DNA of 64,000 nucleotides from Polyangiaceae bacterium (GCA_044376115.1 JBILLK010000027.1:64001-128000); one strand, 5' to 3'. Numbered from the stretch's first letter, positions 32,328 to 42,795 are shown. The notes: generated by a model not told the origin, from the sequence alone. Program-made: numbers and translations.

Positions 32328-33587
32328 GTGACTGCGTTGAAGTGGGAGGGGTTACGGCGAGTCCGGCGCAATCGGCGTTGGCTCGCGCTCGCCGCTGTGC
32401 CGTGGCTGCTCGTGCTGTTGCAGTTGCTCACGGCTGCCGCGACGGGAGTCGCCGAGGTGCTCGCGCCGGCGGGGCACTTCCTTGCGCTCGGTGCCATCGC
32501 GGTGATCTACGCGCTGCAACGGAATAAGAACCCGAGCTTCGAATCAGGCGCCTTCCGGCTCGACGATGAGGCGCTGTTTTGGAACGACGCGCTGCTCTGT
32601 ACGCGGCAGGAGCTTCAAGACGCGACGCTGTTCGAGCGCGAGGGGCATTGGTTCGTTCGGCTTAAACGCCGCGGTAAGTTGCTCGCTCAGCTGCTCGAGG
32701 TACCGAGCGCCGACGAGGGCCAGGCACTGCTCGAGGCGTTGGGGTTTGGCGTAAAGCAGCGTGCTGCCGAGTTCCGTGGGCGCTCACCCTATTTCGCGCT
32801 GCCGGCTTGGCAGCAGGTGCTGCTTCCGCTGCTGCCGATGTTGGGTGGCGGGCTGACTGGAGCGGCCTTGTTTCCGTTCGCTTCGACTCTCGCGGTCGCG
32901 CTCGGTGCGGTCGTGTTGGTGCTCGGGGTGGTCGGCGTGCTCGGCTCGATGCTGGTGCCCAGCAAGATCCTCGTCGGGGTGGACGGCATCTTCAGCTCGT
33001 GGCTCGGACGCCCAGTGAACTTCCCTTTCTCCGAGCTCAAGAACGTCGCTTCGGTGGAGCGCAGCGTCCTCAACAAGAGCTACTTGGGTTTCGAGCTAAC
33101 CGACAATCACGGCCGCGTGACCTTCCTACCGATCGGTCAAAAGGGCTGGGCCGAAGAAGAGTTTCAGGCCGTCGGCGAGCGCGTTCGCGAGGCGCTCGAG
33201 GCCTATCGCTCGGGCATCGTCGGGCTCAGCGCAGACGCCTTGGCGCGAGGCAACCGCACCACCGCCGATTGGTTGGTGTCGCTCAAACGCGTGGGTGCGA
33301 TGGCCAACGTGGATGCGCGCACTAGCGCCGTTCCCACCGAAGAGCTCACGCGTATCGTCGCCGATCCCAGCGCGCGTCCCACTGCGCGCGTCGGCGCGGC
33401 CGTGGCGCTCACCGCGCGTGGCCAAGCCGAGGACATCGAGGGCGTGCGCATCGCTGCAGCGGCCACCGCCTCGAGCAAGCTGCGTTTTGCTTTGCAAAAG
33501 GCCACCGAAGCCGAAGAAGAGGCCGAACTCGCCGAGCTCATGGCCGAGCTCGAACAAGAAGAGCGCTCCAAAGGCACGGCGGGCTAA
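32328..33587 (+). CDS. Hypothetical membrane protein, paralog of 15440..16588
   Basis: Two TM pairs, VGVDGIF, C-terminal DPSARPTARVGAAVAL...VRIAAAATASSKLRFAL. Confidence 0.75.
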   Translation: MTALKWEGLRRVRRNRRWLALAAVPWLLVLLQLLTAAATGVAEVLAPAGHFLALGAIAVIYALQRNKNPSFESGAFRLDDEALFWNDALLCTRQELQDATLFEREGHWFVRLKRRGKLLAQLLEVPSADEGQALLEALGFGVKQRAAEFRGRSPYFALPAWQQVLLPLLPMLGGGLTGAALFPFASTLAVALGAVVLVLGVVGVLGSMLVPSKILVGVDGIFSSWLGRPVNFPFSELKNVASVERSVLNKSYLGFELTDNHGRVTFLPIGQKGWAEEEFQAVGERVREALEAYRSGIVGLSADALARGNRTTADWLVSLKRVGAMANVDARTSAVPTEELTRIVADPSARPTARVGAAVALTARGQAEDIEGVRIAAAATASSKLRFALQKATEAEEEAELAELMAELEQEERSKGTAG

Positions 33588-33727
33588 CCCTCGGTCCCCG
33601 GCCCGTTTTGACGCTTTGCATCCTCAAAACTTGGCCGCTTCGAACACCGTCTGATAGCGCCCTCAATCGCAGCGGAACACACCGAATGGTTCCGGCTCGG
33701 GCAGCGTTGTTTGTGAAGGAGAGGCAA

Positions 33728-34744
33728 ATGAGCCAATTGGCAGGGCGTGTTGGAGTGATCATGGGCGGCTGTTCGGCTGAGCGAGACGTCTCGCTGCGTT
33801 CCGGCGAGGCCGTTTTTGCGGCTTTGCGCGCCCGCGGCTACGACGCTGTGCGCGTCGAGCTACCCGCTGATCCCGAGTTTGCCGCGTCCACCATCTCCGA
33901 GGCTCACATCGACGTGGCCTTCCTCGCGCTCCACGGCCGCTTGGGTGAAGACGGCTGCGTGCAGGGTCTTTGCGAGCTGCTGCGCATCCCGTACACCGGC
34001 TCGGGCGTACTCACCAGCGCGCTGGCGATGGACAAGCTCAAGTCGAAGGAGCTGTTCCGCCTGCACAACGTGCCTACGCCCCCGTACTACACCGTGACCG
34101 CCGACGACGATCTGGCCGACATCGAGACCATGCACGGCTCCTTCGGTTTCCCGGTGATCGTCAAGCCGCGCGGTGAAGGCTCCAGCATCGGCGTGCGCAA
34201 GGTCGACAACATCGTCGAGTTGGTGCGCGCGATCGAGGCAGCGCTCGAACTCGACGAGGTCGCTTTGGTGGAGCGCTTCGTCGCCGGCATCGAGGTGAAC
34301 GTCGGCATTTTGGACGGCCGCCCGCTGGGCGCGATCGAGATCGTGCCGAAGGGCGGTCTCTACGATTACGCCGCCAAGTACACGCCCGGCATGACCGAGT
34401 ACTTCATGCCCGCTCGCATCGGTTCAACGCGTTACCGCGGCGTGCTCAACCTCGCCGACCGTGCGGCGCGCGCGCTCGGTTGCAGCGGCCCCTGCCGCGT
34501 GGACCTCTTGGTCACCCACGGGGAGAACGAATACGTGCTCGAGGTCAATACGCTCCCGGGCATGACCGAGACCAGCCTGCTGCCCAAGATCGCCGCCTCC
34601 GCCGGCTACGATTTTACCTCGCTATGCGAGGCGATCCTCGAGGGCGCACGGCTGCACGCGCCGGTTCGCCGCGACCCCGCGCGCAAGCGACAGGCTTCCG
34701 GGGCTTTCGCTCCGAACGGGTTGCGACTAGCTAAGCTTGCGTGA
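33728..34744 (+). CDS. ddl: D-alanine--D-alanine ligase
   Basis: MGGCSAERDVSLRSG, LHGRLGEDG, AMDK, GSSIG, YDYAAKY, LEVNTLPGMT. Start ATG 33728 after GGAGAGG. Confidence 0.96.
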   Translation: MSQLAGRVGVIMGGCSAERDVSLRSGEAVFAALRARGYDAVRVELPADPEFAASTISEAHIDVAFLALHGRLGEDGCVQGLCELLRIPYTGSGVLTSALAMDKLKSKELFRLHNVPTPPYYTVTADDDLADIETMHGSFGFPVIVKPRGEGSSIGVRKVDNIVELVRAIEAALELDEVALVERFVAGIEVNVGILDGRPLGAIEIVPKGGLYDYAAKYTPGMTEYFMPARIGSTRYRGVLNLADRAARALGCSGPCRVDLLVTHGENEYVLEVNTLPGMTETSLLPKIAASAGYDFTSLCEAILEGARLHAPVRRDPARKRQASGAFAPNGLRLAKLA

Positions 34745-36093
34745 GCGACCTCCTCGTAAAGCCGGCATCGAAACCTCTCTCTGGAGTCGTGCCGGTTCCC
34801 GGGGATAAGAGCATTACCCACCGTGCGCTGATGCTTGCAGCGCTCGCGGAGGGAAAGAGTGAAGTGCGCAGCTTCCGAATGGGCGCGGACAACCGATCGA
34901 CGGCATCGGCGCTCCGCGTGCTCGGCGTTTTTGTCGAGGAGCCGGCCACAGACACGTTGATCGTCCACGGCGTTGGTCTGCACGGATTATCTGAGCCCAA
35001 AACGCCGGTTGACTGCGGTAACTCGGGCACGAGCATGCGTCTTTTCGCAGGGCTGCTCGTCGGGCAGACCTTCCGCTCGGTGCTGGTAGGCGATGAGTCG
35101 CTCTCCGGCCGGCCGATGGCGCGCATCGTCGATCCGTTGCGAGCGCGCGGCGCACGGATTGAAGGGCGGATCGGTAAGAAGCCGGGGCAGGTGACCGCGC
35201 CGCTCGAGATCGGCCCGTTCCCGCCGCCCAACGTGCTCTCGGAGACGTACTTTTCGAGTCCGATCGCCTCGGCCCAAGTGAAGAGCGCGCTGTTGCTCTC
35301 AGGCCTTTATTCGGACGGCAAGACCACCTTCCAAGAGCCGACGATCTCTCGCGATCACACCGAGCGCATGCTGGATGGCTTGGGCGTGCCGATCCTTCGC
35401 AGTGGAACGGTGGTGGTGCTCGATGGGCCGAATTTTTCGGGCAAGCTACCGGCCTTCGAACTCGAGGTGCCGGGGGATCTCTCGGCGGCGGCCTTCATTC
35501 TCGCGGCTGGAATGCTCGTGCCCGATAGCGATGTAGGCGTTCGCCGCGTGGGCCTCAATCCGACGCGCACCGGCTTTCTCGATATGGCCCGGCTGTTTCA
35601 AGCGAGCCTTTTTTCGGCGGCGGAAGGTCTGGTTTTGGGTGAGACCATCGGCGCCGTGCGCGCAACCTCCGGCGGCCTGCAAGGAACAACCTTGGCGGGC
35701 GAGGTGATCCCGCGCGGCATCGATGAGGTGCCGATCGCGCTGGCGCTAGCGGCGCGTGCACGCGGCAAGACGGTGGTCGCCGACGCTCAGGAGCTGCGCG
35801 TCAAAGAGTCGGACCGGCTTCACGCGATGGCGCTCGTGCTCAACGCCTTCGGTGTTCCCTGCGCCGAGACCGCCGACGGCTGTGAGGTGGAGGGCGTCAC
35901 TGATCGCCCGCTACGTGGCTGCGAGGTCGATTCGTTTGGCGATCATCGCATCGCCATGTCGGCAGCTGTGCTCGCCCTGGTTGCCGACGGTCCGACGCGC
36001 ATCAAGAACGTCGACAACATCGCCACTAGCTTTCCGCGATTTGCCGGCACCATGCGCGCGCTCGGGGCGGAGATGAGCGTGGTCGAGAGCTGA
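34741..36093 (+). CDS. aroA: EPSP synthase
   Basis: PGDKSITHR, CGNSGTSMR, SAQVKSA, RDHTERM, ELRVKESDR, DHRIAM. Confidence 0.97.
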   Translation: MSDLLVKPASKPLSGVVPVPGDKSITHRALMLAALAEGKSEVRSFRMGADNRSTASALRVLGVFVEEPATDTLIVHGVGLHGLSEPKTPVDCGNSGTSMRLFAGLLVGQTFRSVLVGDESLSGRPMARIVDPLRARGARIEGRIGKKPGQVTAPLEIGPFPPPNVLSETYFSSPIASAQVKSALLLSGLYSDGKTTFQEPTISRDHTERMLDGLGVPILRSGTVVVLDGPNFSGKLPAFELEVPGDLSAAAFILAAGMLVPDSDVGVRRVGLNPTRTGFLDMARLFQASLFSAAEGLVLGETIGAVRATSGGLQGTTLAGEVIPRGIDEVPIALALAARARGKTVVADAQELRVKESDRLHAMALVLNAFGVPCAETADGCEVEGVTDRPLRGCEVDSFGDHRIAMSAAVLALVADGPTRIKNVDNIATSFPRFAGTMRALGAEMSVVES

Positions 36094-36158
36094 GCTTCGC
36101 GCTGTGAGCGGCGTGGGACGGCGTAGAAGAGCCGTCTCCTTCGTGCTAAGGCGTTCGC

Positions 36159-36881
36159 ATGCGTGCGCGAGTGCTCGTTGCGATTGATGGGCCTGCTGGA
36201 GCTGGGAAAAGCACTGTCGCCAAGCTGCTTGCTTCACGGCTGGACTTCCTGCTGGTGGACACCGGCGCACTGTATCGAACGGTGGCGCTCGCTGCGCAAC
36301 GCGCAGGCCTCTCCTTCGCTGATGATGACGCCGTCGGCGAGCTCGCCGAGAGTCTCGCGGCCGACCGGCGCATTCGTATGGAGGCCGAGAGCCAGGGGGA
36401 TTCTCGCGGCGTGCGCGTGCTGATCGACGCCGAGGACGTGTCGAGCTTCATTCGCACCCCGGAGATGAGCTTGGGCGCGAGTCGCGTTTCGGCCAACCCG
36501 CGCGTGCGCGATGCGCTCTTGGCGATGCAGCGTCAGGCCGGAGAGAACGGCGGCGTAGTGCTGGAAGGGCGGGATATCGGCACGGTGGTCTTCCCCGATG
36601 CCGAGGTGAAGTTCTACCTCACAGCAGCTAGTACCGAGCGCGCACAACGTCGTATGGATGAGCTCTTGGCGAAGGGCTCCGCCGTCTCGCTCGAGGAGAC
36701 GCTAGCCGACGTGAACAAGCGTGACCGCGCGGACACTGAGCGGCCGATCGCGCCGCTGCGACAAGCGGAAGACGCGCATCTGGTGGACTCGACGGGCATG
36801 CCGATCGAGCAGGTCGTGGACGGCATGGTGCGCATCGTGTTGGCGAAGAATGAGGAGCTGCGACGCGGTCGCAACGTATGA
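36159..36881 (+). CDS. cmk: Cytidylate kinase
   Basis: IDGPAGAGKST, DTGALYR, EGRDIGTVVFPDA. Confidence 0.97.
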   Translation: MRARVLVAIDGPAGAGKSTVAKLLASRLDFLLVDTGALYRTVALAAQRAGLSFADDDAVGELAESLAADRRIRMEAESQGDSRGVRVLIDAEDVSSFIRTPEMSLGASRVSANPRVRDALLAMQRQAGENGGVVLEGRDIGTVVFPDAEVKFYLTAASTERAQRRMDELLAKGSAVSLEETLADVNKRDRADTERPIAPLRQAEDAHLVDSTGMPIEQVVDGMVRIVLAKNEELRRGRNV

Positions 36882-37813
36882 CCCACGCCTTGGGGCGACG
36901 TGAGCTGTTGTTCTCGGCTGTTCCGCTCGCGTTGCTCGCTTGCGAGGGCGCAACGCCCCAGCCGCTATCGCCCGAATCGCCGACGGCGATGCGCCCTTTC
37001 TACGCCGATGAGGTGATCCCAGCGGACCTCGATTGTGTGTTTCGCGTGGACGTCGGGCAGGCGCGCAAAGCCTTGGCCGAGCGCGCCACCGAGGCGCGCG
37101 AGACGTTGTCGCAGGAGCCGTTGATCGCCGCAGCGCTGGAGCAGGCCGAGGTGCTTACGGTCGGTTTGCGCTTCCGGCACCTGGCCGAAGGAGACCGCGT
37201 GCTGGTGGTGGAGAGTCGGGAAAACCCGCCTCCCCCCGAAGGGTCGGGCTTCGCCGAAGGGCCCTCGCAGAACCCGCACGTACGCATCTTCCATCGCCAA
37301 GGCGATGCTCCGCGTGATGGCACGCAGATGATCGTGCTCTTGAGTGACCGTGCGACTGTATTCGTCAGTCCGAGCGAGGTGGACGCCGTGTTGCGCGTGC
37401 TGAGCACCGCCCCCGATGAATGGCGAGGGCGGCCTGCTGCCGAGGGGCTCGTGAGCGCCGATGTACGGCCAGGACGCATGCCGCCGCTGTACGAGAAGCG
37501 CTACAAGAGCTTTGCGAAGCTGCTCGGCAGTGTGCAGCGCTTGAAGGCCAAGCTCGCCGTCTCCGAGGAGGCGCTCGAGCTCGACTGCAACTTCTTCGCC
37601 GAGAACGACGTGGCGGCTGGAAACCTTGCGCAGTTCTTCGACGCCATCGCCGAGAACGCTCCGAACACCCCACTCGGGCGCATGCTGGGCTCAATCCAGC
37701 GCAACAAGGTGGGCACCGTGCTGCACCTGCGCGTGCGCCTTCCGCCGGAGCTACTGGTAGCGCTCTGGACGGCTCGCAAGACCATCGATCCGGTGGCTCC
37801 GCTGCGCGAGTGA
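36878..37813 (+). CDS. Hypothetical lipoprotein (possible Tat signal)
   Basis: GRRELL followed by the lipobox LLAC. 4-bp overlap with cmk. Confidence 0.75.
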   Translation: MTHALGRRELLFSAVPLALLACEGATPQPLSPESPTAMRPFYADEVIPADLDCVFRVDVGQARKALAERATEARETLSQEPLIAAALEQAEVLTVGLRFRHLAEGDRVLVVESRENPPPPEGSGFAEGPSQNPHVRIFHRQGDAPRDGTQMIVLLSDRATVFVSPSEVDAVLRVLSTAPDEWRGRPAAEGLVSADVRPGRMPPLYEKRYKSFAKLLGSVQRLKAKLAVSEEALELDCNFFAENDVAAGNLAQFFDAIAENAPNTPLGRMLGSIQRNKVGTVLHLRVRLPPELLVALWTARKTIDPVAPLRE

Positions 37814-37840
37814 GGACGGCTGTGCTACATCGAAGCGGCG

Positions 37841-39052
37841 ATGCCGAATACCCCCGTATCCGACGCAGCTCCTGAGAGCTCGAACCCAGGCGACGCCCCG
37901 CGCGCCACCTTGCCGGATCCGGCCCTCGCTCCGCGAACCACCCTTCCCGATGTCGACGCAGCGACCGGCGCGCGGACGACGTTGCCCGATGTTGCCGGAC
38001 AAGACGCTGAGGCAGAGCCGCCCACGCACGAGCCCGAGGATGGCGACCCGGGCGACCCGGGCGAGGACGACGCGCCCAACCGGCCCAAAAGCAGCTGGCC
38101 CTACTTCCTCATCATCGGCCTGTTGTTTATGTCGGTCACCGGGCCGCTCGTCTTCTACTTCTTCGTGTGGCGTTATCGGCCGACGGCCCTCATGCATATA
38201 CCGCAGGGTACTAGCGTGGCCGTGCGCTTCGACGGGCGGCAGCTCTATACGTATGAGCCATTCCGAACGCACGTGCTCGGCGCCTTCGACGAGGCCGCTG
38301 GCAAGAACGGCCGGGCCGATCGCTTTAAGTCCCATACTGGGGTGGACTTGCGCAAAGACGTGCGTGAGGTAATCCTGGCCACCTCCAACGGCGAGTCGTG
38401 GGTCGCTCTGATCGGCGGTAACTTCACCACCCGCGCCAAAACCAACTTCACCATCGGTCTGTCGAAGTTCCTGGACGAAGAAGGCGTCGGCGGCTTCAAC
38501 GTGCGAGCGGATGGCGTGCTCGCTGGGCCGGTGTTCGTCGCGCAGGCCGAAGACAGCACGATCGTGATCTCGAGCTCCGGAGAGACGCTGGAGCGCTGCT
38601 TGGAGCCCGGGGAGGCCTATCAAGACCTCGGTCTCGCAGGCTCGGGCGCGGTGAGCTTCGTCGTGGACCGGCCAGCCTTCGAGAACCTCGCTGGTACCAA
38701 CTCCGCGTTAAAAGATACGCCCTTCGCTCTGCTGCCGAGCAACACGAGCGCAGCCCGCCAAACCAATAAACTAACGGGCTATCTGTCGCTCAAAGAGCCC
38801 GAATTTTTACTCGATATAACCCCAGTGTCCACCAGCACCCCGGAGCAATTGACCAAAGAGCTGGAGACGCTACAAGCCGAGGCCAAGCTCGCCTCGCTGT
38901 TACCCGAGCTCGGCGGTCTGCGTGATGTGGCACTCGCTGGGCGCATCAAGCCGCGCGCTACGAGCGTGATGGTGGAGGCCGAGTTCCCGCGGGCCAAGCT
39001 CAATGAGCTGCTCGAGAAGGTTGGCGAGGAGATCCGCACACGCTTCGAGTAG
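37841..39052 (+). CDS. Hypothetical bitopic membrane protein
   Basis: Disordered P/D/T-rich N-terminus, a single TM, then a large soluble domain. Confidence 0.78.
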   Translation: MPNTPVSDAAPESSNPGDAPRATLPDPALAPRTTLPDVDAATGARTTLPDVAGQDAEAEPPTHEPEDGDPGDPGEDDAPNRPKSSWPYFLIIGLLFMSVTGPLVFYFFVWRYRPTALMHIPQGTSVAVRFDGRQLYTYEPFRTHVLGAFDEAAGKNGRADRFKSHTGVDLRKDVREVILATSNGESWVALIGGNFTTRAKTNFTIGLSKFLDEEGVGGFNVRADGVLAGPVFVAQAEDSTIVISSSGETLERCLEPGEAYQDLGLAGSGAVSFVVDRPAFENLAGTNSALKDTPFALLPSNTSAARQTNKLTGYLSLKEPEFLLDITPVSTSTPEQLTKELETLQAEAKLASLLPELGGLRDVALAGRIKPRATSVMVEAEFPRAKLNELLEKVGEEIRTRFE

Positions 39053-40888
39053 CTAGTCCGGTGGTTGGTTCGCTGTGAGCCGGCGCAACGCGCTATGTAG
39101 CTCGTCACGGTTGAAGGGCTTGTCGAGCTTTTGCACCGGAGTGGCGCGCAGGAACGCTTCAATCGGGCCGCTAAAGATGCCGCCTGTCATTGCGATGAAG
39201 CGCTGGGCATAACGCGAATCCGCCTTCACCGCGGCGCGGTAGACGGCTGGGCCGTCCAGGTCAGGCATCATGAGGTCGCACAGCAGGATGTCGAAGTGTT
39301 GCTCTTGCAGCGCCTCGAGCGCTGCAGCGCCAGACTCTGCGGTGGTCACCCGATGTCCGCGCAGCATGCGCGTTACGCTGCGCAGAATCTCGCGCTGGTC
39401 ATCTACGACCAGGACATCGAGGCTGGGCAAAGGTGCTTCGGCGCGGGCCTTCCCAGCGAGCTCTGCAGCGGAGCCAACCGGAAGACTGAGCTCTACGGTG
39501 GTTCCGGGCGAAGCTTGTGGCACCAGCCGGATAAGCCCGCCCATTTGTCGTATCAGCGTCTCGGAGATGAAGAGGCCAAGCCCTGTGCCTTTGCCTACCT
39601 CTTTGGTGGTGAAGTACGGCTCGAACACGCGTTCACGCAGTTCCGGAGGAATGCCGATCCCGTTGTCGGACACGCGCACGTACACGCGCCCTTCGCTGCG
39701 GACCGCACTGACCCGAACCTGGGGATTAGGCTCCTCCTCCGGGATCGCGTGTAGCGCATTGACCAATAGGTTGAGCAGGACCTGGCCCAGCTTGCGTGGG
39801 TGTCCGTTGGCGATGAGGCCGTCCTCGATGTCCACCGTCAGCCGCGCGCTAAAACCTTGCTGATGCTTCGCAATTGCGACGGCTTGTGTGACCGCTGACT
39901 TGAGCTCGATTGGGTGATTGGGCTCCTCTTGACCACGGCTCAAGACCGAGACGGAGCTAATTACCCCGCGAATCCTCTCAGCACCTTCCTGGGCCTCCGC
40001 CAAGAGCTCATCGTAGAAAGCCGGCTGGTGCTTGGCTCCTTGCTCCCGCGCTAGCGCTAGGTTGCTCAGCAGATAGGTGAGTGGGTTATTGATCTCGTGA
40101 GCTATGCCACTGACCATTCTTCCAAGCAGCTCGAGCTTCTGCTGCTCACGGAGCCGCTTGAGACGCTGCTCACGTTCATGCACCGTGACACGGCGCGCAT
40201 CCAGATCGGTCGAGGCGACGGTTACACCGACGATGTAGCCATCTTTGAATACGGGCGTGAAACGACTCAAGTTGGTCCGCGTACCGCCGTCCGGCGTATT
40301 GACCAGCCCCTCAAACACGTCCCCGCGCCCTGAATTGAGCACCCCAAGTAAACGGGTCTCTACAATCTCCCGATATTCGGGCCTGACGAAGGTGAGCACC
40401 GGCGACCCAATGACGGCCTCGGCCGCAACGCCCGCCGTTGCATTACGATTGGTGAATAGGACGTTTAACTGCTTATCGACCACAGTAATGTAGTCAGGGA
40501 TGTCGTTCGGCAGGTCGTGAAGCCACGCGTCATGTTCGAGCAACGGGACATGGGCGTCGCTGCGCGGGCGCGCCACCAAGGCCACCAAGCTCCCAGCCAA
40601 CCGCTCTACGGTGACAGCGACCGGAACGGTGCCCCCGCTCGCGCGCCGCCAATGAGCAGCGTAGGTGTGCGCCGAGTCTCCCTTCACCCATACGTTCTCG
40701 CGTTCCCAAGCCGAATCCAGCTGAGGCAGCTTCATCGTGGTGAGCGCCGCTACTGCGTAGCCGGTGAGGCTCTCAGTCGCGTGATTCACTTGAACGATCG
40801 TGTCTGGCGCCTCAACCAAGAGCACAGCGTCACTGAGCAGGTCGTGCAGGCGACGCACGTCCGCCTTGGCCCAATCCGCCTTGCTCAT
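39053..40888 (-). CDS. PAS-PAS hybrid histidine kinase/response regulator
   Basis: HEINNPL, NLLVNA, DNGIGI, GTGLGL, receiver VVDD...CDLMMP...KP. Start ATG 40888 after AGGAGG. Confidence 0.93.
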   Translation of the reverse strand: MSKADWAKADVRRLHDLLSDAVLLVEAPDTIVQVNHATESLTGYAVAALTTMKLPQLDSAWERENVWVKGDSAHTYAAHWRRASGGTVPVAVTVERLAGSLVALVARPRSDAHVPLLEHDAWLHDLPNDIPDYITVVDKQLNVLFTNRNATAGVAAEAVIGSPVLTFVRPEYREIVETRLLGVLNSGRGDVFEGLVNTPDGGTRTNLSRFTPVFKDGYIVGVTVASTDLDARRVTVHEREQRLKRLREQQKLELLGRMVSGIAHEINNPLTYLLSNLALAREQGAKHQPAFYDELLAEAQEGAERIRGVISSVSVLSRGQEEPNHPIELKSAVTQAVAIAKHQQGFSARLTVDIEDGLIANGHPRKLGQVLLNLLVNALHAIPEEEPNPQVRVSAVRSEGRVYVRVSDNGIGIPPELRERVFEPYFTTKEVGKGTGLGLFISETLIRQMGGLIRLVPQASPGTTVELSLPVGSAAELAGKARAEAPLPSLDVLVVDDQREILRSVTRMLRGHRVTTAESGAAALEALQEQHFDILLCDLMMPDLDGPAVYRAAVKADSRYAQRFIAMTGGIFSGPIEAFLRATPVQKLDKPFNRDELHSALRRLTANQPPD

Positions 40889-41155
40889 GGCCTCCTGAGA
40901 ATCGGAAGCAGCACCCCCCAGCATGCGGCCACGCTAGCAGTGGCCGCAGCCTAAATCGCGAGGATTTGCGCATAAGGCAGCCCCTTCGGAGTTTTGATTG
41001 TAGTTACGCGCTCTTGCAAAATAGATTTGTAGCCGCGGCTGAGTGGTCACGGGGCCGCCGGGTGGCGGGCTCACGGCGCTCGCGCCCGGGTTCACGGCGC
41101 CGCGTTCGACCAAGAAAGTGCATTGCAACTCTCATTGGAAGGATAAGACTCGTAG

Positions 41156-41833
41156 TTGATGGCAGGGCGAACCACCACCGTGCGCCTCGTTGGCATGTCG
41201 AGGTTGAGCGCATGGGCGCGCAGGCGCCGGTTTATCGAGCTCTCGACGTGGCTCCTTATAATCGTCGCTGGTCCGATCGTCCTGCCGGACGCGTTCATGA
41301 CCCAGCAGTTCGAGGACTGGATCTTGTTAGCCCTCTGCTTTGGGGCGGCGATGAAGGCGCTGCACTATGCCAGCGGCTTCTCGAGGGTAACGCTCGGGGT
41401 CGACCGCATCGTCGCGCGCTCCCTCGTTGGCAGCTACGCGATTCGGCAGGCTGAGCTCGAGCGCTTTCGCTACGTAGGTTCCGAGACGGAGCCGCGCGAA
41501 TGGTACCTCGAGACGGCCAACGGTCTGCATCCCGTTGGCGCGGGCCCTGCGGCGAACGCGCTGATCAAGCAAATGGTCGCACAGTGGCCGCAGATCCCGC
41601 GACCTTCGGACGCGCAGCTGCGGGCGCTTGGTGCTGCCGACTATCGCCATGAGTCGAAGGACCCGGCGGAGCTCTTAGCGATGTTGCGGATCCCCAGCCT
41701 CGATTCAGCGGAACGCGTGCGCATCGCCGAGCTCCTCAAGCCTCATGGCCCCGAGTATCAACGCGAGGTCGCGGCCGTCGCTGAGGCTACGCTCGATGCC
41801 GAGGAACGAGCTCGACTCCTGCGCGTAATCTGA
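41156..41833 (+). CDS. Hypothetical membrane protein, short relative of 15440 and 32328
   Basis: Two TMs, LGVDRIV, DYR...P.....RVRIAELL...AVAEAT. Start uncertain. Confidence 0.65.
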   Translation: MMAGRTTTVRLVGMSRLSAWARRRRFIELSTWLLIIVAGPIVLPDAFMTQQFEDWILLALCFGAAMKALHYASGFSRVTLGVDRIVARSLVGSYAIRQAELERFRYVGSETEPREWYLETANGLHPVGAGPAANALIKQMVAQWPQIPRPSDAQLRALGAADYRHESKDPAELLAMLRIPSLDSAERVRIAELLKPHGPEYQREVAAVAEATLDAEERARLLRVI

Positions 41834-41936
41834 CCGACTGGCTATGTAGCCTGGGCGGGCTCGGATACGCCCGAATTGGTTGCACGAATGCGAGTTGCCG
41901 GCGTCAGCTTGTCTCCAGGTCCACGTCGCTCCGGCG

Positions 41937-42686
41937 ATGCGAAGCGATATGGCGAAGGTGCTGGTGGAGAGGCCAAGGCTGCGGCGGGCGCCCCAGGGCT
42001 GCGGTTCGCCCTATCCGCGCAGCCAGCTCAAGAATCTGTTTGAGTCGAGCTTGGAGGACGCGCCCTCCAAGCTCGGTATGGGCGCAGGTCACCGTTTTAA
42101 GTGGTTGAATGAGAACCTGGCGCCCTTGCGGCGGTTTCTCCTAGCGCAGGTGGGGCGGCCTTGGGACAAGGTGCGCTCGGAGATCGCTGCTCATGTGAGG
42201 CGCACCAATGCGGTACAGGCGCATATCTACGAGCACCTCTATCAATATGTAACGACCGAAGTGACACTGATTGACAGGGTACCGTATGAGGTGAGCCGTG
42301 GCCGGCTAACGCCCTTGGTGCAGCGATATCACGGTACCCAGCTATGGGTCTGCCCGCGGACTGGTCTATTGAAGAATGCCCCACTGGCAAGTCTCCCGAG
42401 CCGCGCCTTTGGTCGGCAGTTGCGGCTGGATGCCGTCAGTGAGCTACGTGAGGTGGCTGGGCTTTGGCGGCATGTCACCCTGCGTCGCTTGGACCCTGGC
42501 GCGCTCGCCATGGGCCCGCATGACGTTCTCCTGGGCCAGGCGCTATCGCCGGATTGGTTCAGCTACGATCGCCGCTATGAGCGGCTGTTTGGCCGGGTGG
42601 ACGCTTATGCTGTTGCCACGCGCGAGCCAGGAAAGCGTGAACTGAAGAGCTTGTCGCGTTTGCGTTACAACTCTCACGCCGTGTAG
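41937..42686 (+). CDS. Conserved basic hypothetical protein
   Basis: MRSDMAKVLVERPR and KWLNENLAPLRRFL..QVGRPWDKV.SEI resemble a widespread uncharacterised family (recalled, not searched). Confidence 0.75.
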   Translation: MRSDMAKVLVERPRLRRAPQGCGSPYPRSQLKNLFESSLEDAPSKLGMGAGHRFKWLNENLAPLRRFLLAQVGRPWDKVRSEIAAHVRRTNAVQAHIYEHLYQYVTTEVTLIDRVPYEVSRGRLTPLVQRYHGTQLWVCPRTGLLKNAPLASLPSRAFGRQLRLDAVSELREVAGLWRHVTLRRLDPGALAMGPHDVLLGQALSPDWFSYDRRYERLFGRVDAYAVATREPGKRELKSLSRLRYNSHAV

Positions 42687-42795
42687 ACCAGCGTGACGAA
42701 GCTCTACAACGAATTACTGGCGAATCTTCTGGCCGATAGCAGTTTGTTCTTTGCGTACGACGCTCCCTTCGAGCGGCGACGCAGAGGAGATAGCC

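Noticed and set aside
41030..41115. tRNA-like words (GCTGAGTGGTC, GGTTCA, GTTCGACC) and three TCACGG repeats
   Set aside because: I could not build an acceptor stem or cloverleaf. tRNAscan-SE or Aragorn would settle it.
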